From positions 1 to 32,813 of the forward strand of contig JWZX01001846.1 in assembly GCA_001275005.1 (NCBI GenBank): DNA of 32,813 nt, given 5' to 3'. The notes beneath the pieces were generated by a model that did no database searches, was not told the DNA's origin, and worked only from the letters and a program-made list of their open reading frames with translations. The position numbers and the translations under genes are program-made. This stretch comes from Chrysochromulina tobinii. Lineage: Eukaryota. Shown here one piece after another: positions 28,481-32,813 of this stretch (position 1 is the first letter of the stretch; each line of letters begins with the position of its first letter).

Positions 28481-31400
28481 TTTGAACACGAATTGCCTGA
28501 ACGCGGTGTCGTGCCCGTACCTGTCCACCGCGGTCGGCGGCACTGGCCTTTATCTCAACCCTGCTGGCAAGTCCACCACCGACTTACGCGCCATCCTCCA
28601 CCATGCTGCATGCACTGGCGCCGACCGTAATTCGACGACGGCCGACGGGCTGCGCAAGGATGCGCGCAAGGTCTTTGAAATCGCACATGAGAAGCTATTC
28701 AGCAAGATTGGGGACGCCAACGTCACATACTCGTTCCCATACGATCAGACGAACGCGAGCGAGGACACAGCGGGCGACCCCATGGAGAAAGCGGCGAACT
28801 TGAACGGTGTGTCTTCGCAGTGGGTGGAGTGCGCTGATCTCGCACCCGTGCTGCTCAGGCTCGCGTTGCTTATCTGGGCGGTTTGCTCGACGCGGAGACG
28901 ATCCGGCCCTAACGAGCGCTTTGCGAATCAGACGCACCGCAACCAGCGCTTCGCATTGGCCTTGCTCGTGCTCCTCGTCCCGCGGATGAGCGCTGTGGCG
29001 ACGACGGCACCATCCAATGGCGATGGGACTGGTGAGCATCTTGCAGAGTCGGCGCAGGCGACGCCGAGGCTGCAGCCGCTGCGGCCGCTGCCGCTCACTC
29101 AACTCTGCGCCGATGACGTGAGCAGCGGCGCCTTGGACTCGAGCGGCGCACCCATGCCATGCTCCTACTTCTCTGCACAGCCCTCTGCTTGCGCTTCCTA
29201 TTCCGTCGCGCGGACCACGTGCCCGGTGGCGTGCGACACGTGTTCGCCTCTCCAGCCTGGCCCCTCAGGCTCAATGGTCTTCTCCGGCGCGGTAACGAGC
29301 GACCACCCTGTTGCCGGGTTGCAGCACGCGCCCAGTCACACTCGTGCGCAGCAGGCCCAGCAGGCCAGCGGCATCCCCAGCCTGACCAGCACACCCAGCA
29401 CACCCAGCACACCCAGCACCTCTGCAGGCAGCAGCCTGGTTACGGGCCCTCCGTTCCAGCGACCCCCGTTGCCGCCCTTGTCCGTGTCGTCTCCCCCCAT
29501 GTCGCTGCTTCCGTCGTCCCCATTGCCGCCGCTGTCAGCCCCGACACCTTTGCCCCCGCGCCCACAGCCACAGCTACCACTACCCCGCCCACCGCCCTCG
29601 CACCCCACATCGATGCCCCCCACATCGATGCCCCCATCGATGCCCCCCCCCACGCCGTCCCTGGGCCCTCCAAACTCTGGCCCGACGCCGCCTTGGTCCT
29701 CGTCACCGCCGCCGTCGCCCGAGCGCTTGTGGCTACCTTTGATTCTGCCGCCTCCACCCGTTCGGGTGCCATCCCCGCCGCCTCAATGGTCTGCGCTGAT
29801 GGCGCCTCCGCCGCTTCCGTGCACTGGGCTGCCCTGCACCGAGGCCAGCGACAACGACGCTCCCGGGTTGCACTCCATGCAGTTTGTGCCCAGCCACCGC
29901 CGTGAGCTGCAGACCTCGGTGAGCACCGTCGCCGACCTGACCAATGCACTCGCCAACACAGCTGTCGGCCGCATTGTCCTTGCCTCCGGGACCTACTACC
30001 TCAGCGCCGAGCTCAGCATCACTAGGAGCGTCGTCATCGAGGCAGCGGCGGGAGCTACGGTCACCCTGGACGCACAAGCGAGCTCCTGGAGTCCGCGCCG
30101 TGTGCTGTACATCGCCCCGGGCTCATCGGGCGTCGTGCAACTGATCGGGCTCAGCATCACGGGAGGCTACGTCGACACGGGAGCATGCAGCTCTGACTGC
30201 ATGCCTAGATGTTGTGGCGGCGGCGGTGTTCTCATCCACGGTGGCTCGGTAGCCTTGTCATCATGCACCATAACTGGCAACACATTTCAGGGGGGAAAGG
30301 GCGGCGGTGTCTATGTCACTCAAGATTCTCGCACGGTGACCTTGTCATCTTGCACCATCACAGGCAACATGGCTGGGCAATTTGGCGGCGGTCTTTCCAT
30401 CGCGACGTCGGCGACCTCGTCGGTGACCTTGTCATCGTGCACCATCACTGGCAACTCTGTTGCTCTTTATGGCGGCGGTGTTTGCATCGAGGGCAGTGGC
30501 ACGGTGACCTTGTCATCGTGCATCATCACTGACAACTCAGCCTATGTCCCTGGCAATGCCAATAATGGGGGCGGTGGTGTCGCTGTCTTTACATCGGGAG
30601 GCACAGTGGCCATCTCGTCGTCCAACATTAGTGGCAACGTAGTTGGGAACGCTGATTCTGTGCGTGCGCACGCTCAAACGTCCCCATGGCCCTGATGGAA
30701 AAATGGCTGACGCGTTTCCTTTTATGTGCTCCTTCGCGACCTCACGTTCCCTACTCCCCAGGGGCCCAATATCGGTATCTATGCAACAACGTCTGGCTCT
30801 GGGGGGTCTGGTTGGGGGCCCCTGACCATTGTCTGCCTCTGGGCAACAACCCTCGACGGCGTCGTGGGGGGGTATGGCTCAGTCTCAGCTTGCCCGGCGC
30901 CGCCGCCCTTGCCGCCGCCCCCCTCGCCGCCGCCCTCGCCGCCGCCGCCGCCGTCGCCCCCACCCGCCCCGCCTCCGACCGTGGTCCTGACGCCCAGCAC
31001 CATCGTGCGCAGCTCCACGACCAGCATCGCAGTGAGTGGGATCTTGAGCGACGGCACCCACCTCGTCTTCCTACCTTCCGGCGACCGGACCTGCACAGGC
31101 GCAGCCTTCGCACGTACCGCGCAGTCGGGCGGCACGATCGGCAATGGCGCCATCTCTGTCCAGCTGCTCAACATCGGTCTCTATAAGACCTGCTTCTCGA
31201 CACTAGCCAACCCCACGCTGGATGCTGACTTTGCCTACCTGTCGGCCACGCAACTGTCTGTCATCAACGGATCGCCCCCGCCGCCGCCGCTCTCGTCCTC
31301 GCAGCCGCCGCCGCCGCGACCGCATTTGCCACCCCCGCCCTCGCCGCCCCCGCCCTCGCCGCCGTCGCCCTCGCCGTCCTCGCAGCCGCCGCCGCCGCGA

Positions 31401-32813
31401 CCGCCCTTTCCGTCGCTGCCCTCAAACTGTACCAGTGGGCGCACCACAGGCGGTCCCTCCAACTGTACCACCTTTCCGCCTCCACCGCGCTTCCCTCCGA
31501 CTGTGCCAGTGGGCGCACCACAGGCTCCGCCGCCCGCACTTCGCCCGCTGCCATCGCCTTCGCCATCGCCCCCACCCTCGCCGCCACCACCCTCACTGGC
31601 GGTGCCACCCTTTGCGCCCGTCTCGGCGGGCCAGGCAGTCGTCCAGGTGCAGGCCACCGTGATCACGCTTAACTTGCAGGTCGCAGGCGACGTCAACGAC
31701 TTTGCTCCAGGCTCGAGTGCGCGCGCAAATCTGGAGGCCAATTTTCGCTATAAACTCGCGTGCTACGATCCGTGCCAGCTCCGGCTCCTGATCTCGTCCG
31801 CGTCGGTGAATGTACAGGCCCTGATCACAGTGCCCAACCCTCCCGCGGGCGCAACACCAAATTTCCCGACTGCCAACCTCGCGGCCACGGTACTGGCGGC
31901 CGCGACTGCCCTCACGTCGCAGCCTCTCGCGGCGCTCTCAGGGGCCCTCGCCGTGACGGTGACGCAAGCGCCCGCCGTCACGGTCGCAGAGAACGTTGCC
32001 ATGCCAATTGTCGTCGCACCACCGCCTTCACCATCACCCTCACCCACACCCATGTCACCCATGTCGAAGGGTGCTTCGGCAGTCGAGACCAGCGGCTCAG
32101 CCGGCATCATCATCGGCGTCATCGCCTGCGTGATCATCATCCTTGTTCTCGCCCTGGTCATCCTGTACCGTCGTCGCCGCAATATCCGCAAGCTGATCGT
32201 GGTGACGCCAGCAGTCGGGCCTACCAAGTCGAGCAGCGCCGACGGTACGAGCGACTCGCACTCGTCCACGTCGTCCTCTGACATGGTGAGCTCGCTCACG
32301 CTATCCGAGGGCGCGAGTGCCAGTGCCAAGGCTCGCATGACGCGGGCGCAGGAGCTCCTCAAGGCGTGGGAGCTCGACGCGCGCGAGATCACGATCCTCG
32401 AAAAGCAGCTCGGCGAGGGCGGGCAGGGGGTCGTGGTGCGCGGCTTGTGGCACGGCATCGATGTCGCCATCAAGCAGCCGCGGCTGCCCAAGGGGAGAAG
32501 CGGGAAGCAGAACGCCTTCGGCTCGACGTCGGCGCTCGATTCGTACAATCAGGCGCTCCGACGTGAGGTGCGCGCGCTCTCGCGCGTGCGCCATCCGAAT
32601 GTCATCAAGCTGCACGGCGTATGCTTCGGACCGGCACCGATGCTCCTGATGAGCTACGCACCGAGCGGCACGCTGCAGGACGCGCTCGACAACCACAAGT
32701 TCCAGACGCCCTTGGAAACGGTGCAGCTGCTCGCGGGCATCGCGCGCGGCATGGAGGCGGTGCACGCGCACAAGATCATCCACCTCGACCTGAAGCCGGA
32801 GAATGTGCTCATC
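28095..32813 (+). CDS. Single-pass receptor-like Ser/Thr (TKL-type) kinase with Cys-rich, ShK-like, beta-helix (Pmp-like) and Pro-rich ectodomain; intron 30660-30761; truncated by window end
   Basis: The 891-aa ORF splices (TCT|gtgcgt...ccccag|GGG) into a frame open to 32813. TM segment IIIGVIACVIIILVLALVILY (32106-32168) followed by RRRR. Kinase motifs LGEGGQGVV, VAIK, RHPNVIKLHG and IIHLDLKPENVL. Start uncertain (ATG 28095 or 28782). Confidence 0.85.

Noticed and set aside
30660..30761. Kinase-gene intron as a member of the cassette family
   Set aside because: It has no exon duplication and no GCATGCANGTGCTCAC cassette. The same holds for the introns at 4905-5012 and 7809-7954.
1..32813. 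tRNA, rRNA or transposase genes
   Set aside because: None recognisable by eye; a covariance-model or HMM search would be needed to exclude them.

Overview
GC-rich eukaryotic nuclear DNA. GC-AG introns, decamer-satellite introns, a bipartite plastid leader and the Pro-rich surface proteins suggest a haptophyte alga (Chrysochromulina/Emiliania-like); this assignment is inference. About 11 single-copy protein-coding genes can be reconstructed: a secreted PstS-like phosphate-binding protein, an Ala-rich coiled-coil protein, an alpha/beta-hydrolase, a double-domain dPGM, CAF-1 subunit B, a Roadblock/LC7 protein, a low-complexity protein, a 10-intron SNF2 helicase, a second coiled-coil protein, an LRR protein and a receptor-like kinase. 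A ~1 kb dispersed repeat occurs twice and hides a two-exon ORF. The standout signal is in the introns. Eight introns in four genes consist of a 13-42 bp direct duplication of the adjacent exon, which supplies the GT/GC donor, fused to a shared ~45 nt cassette carrying the branch point and acceptor. Mirror-image introns take their acceptor from a duplicated exon end. Junction sequences suggest that neighbouring introns served as templates for each other. This points to a local, microhomology-guided, TIR-less intron-propagation process. All splice models were read by eye and checked only for reading-frame consistency; there is no transcript evidence.
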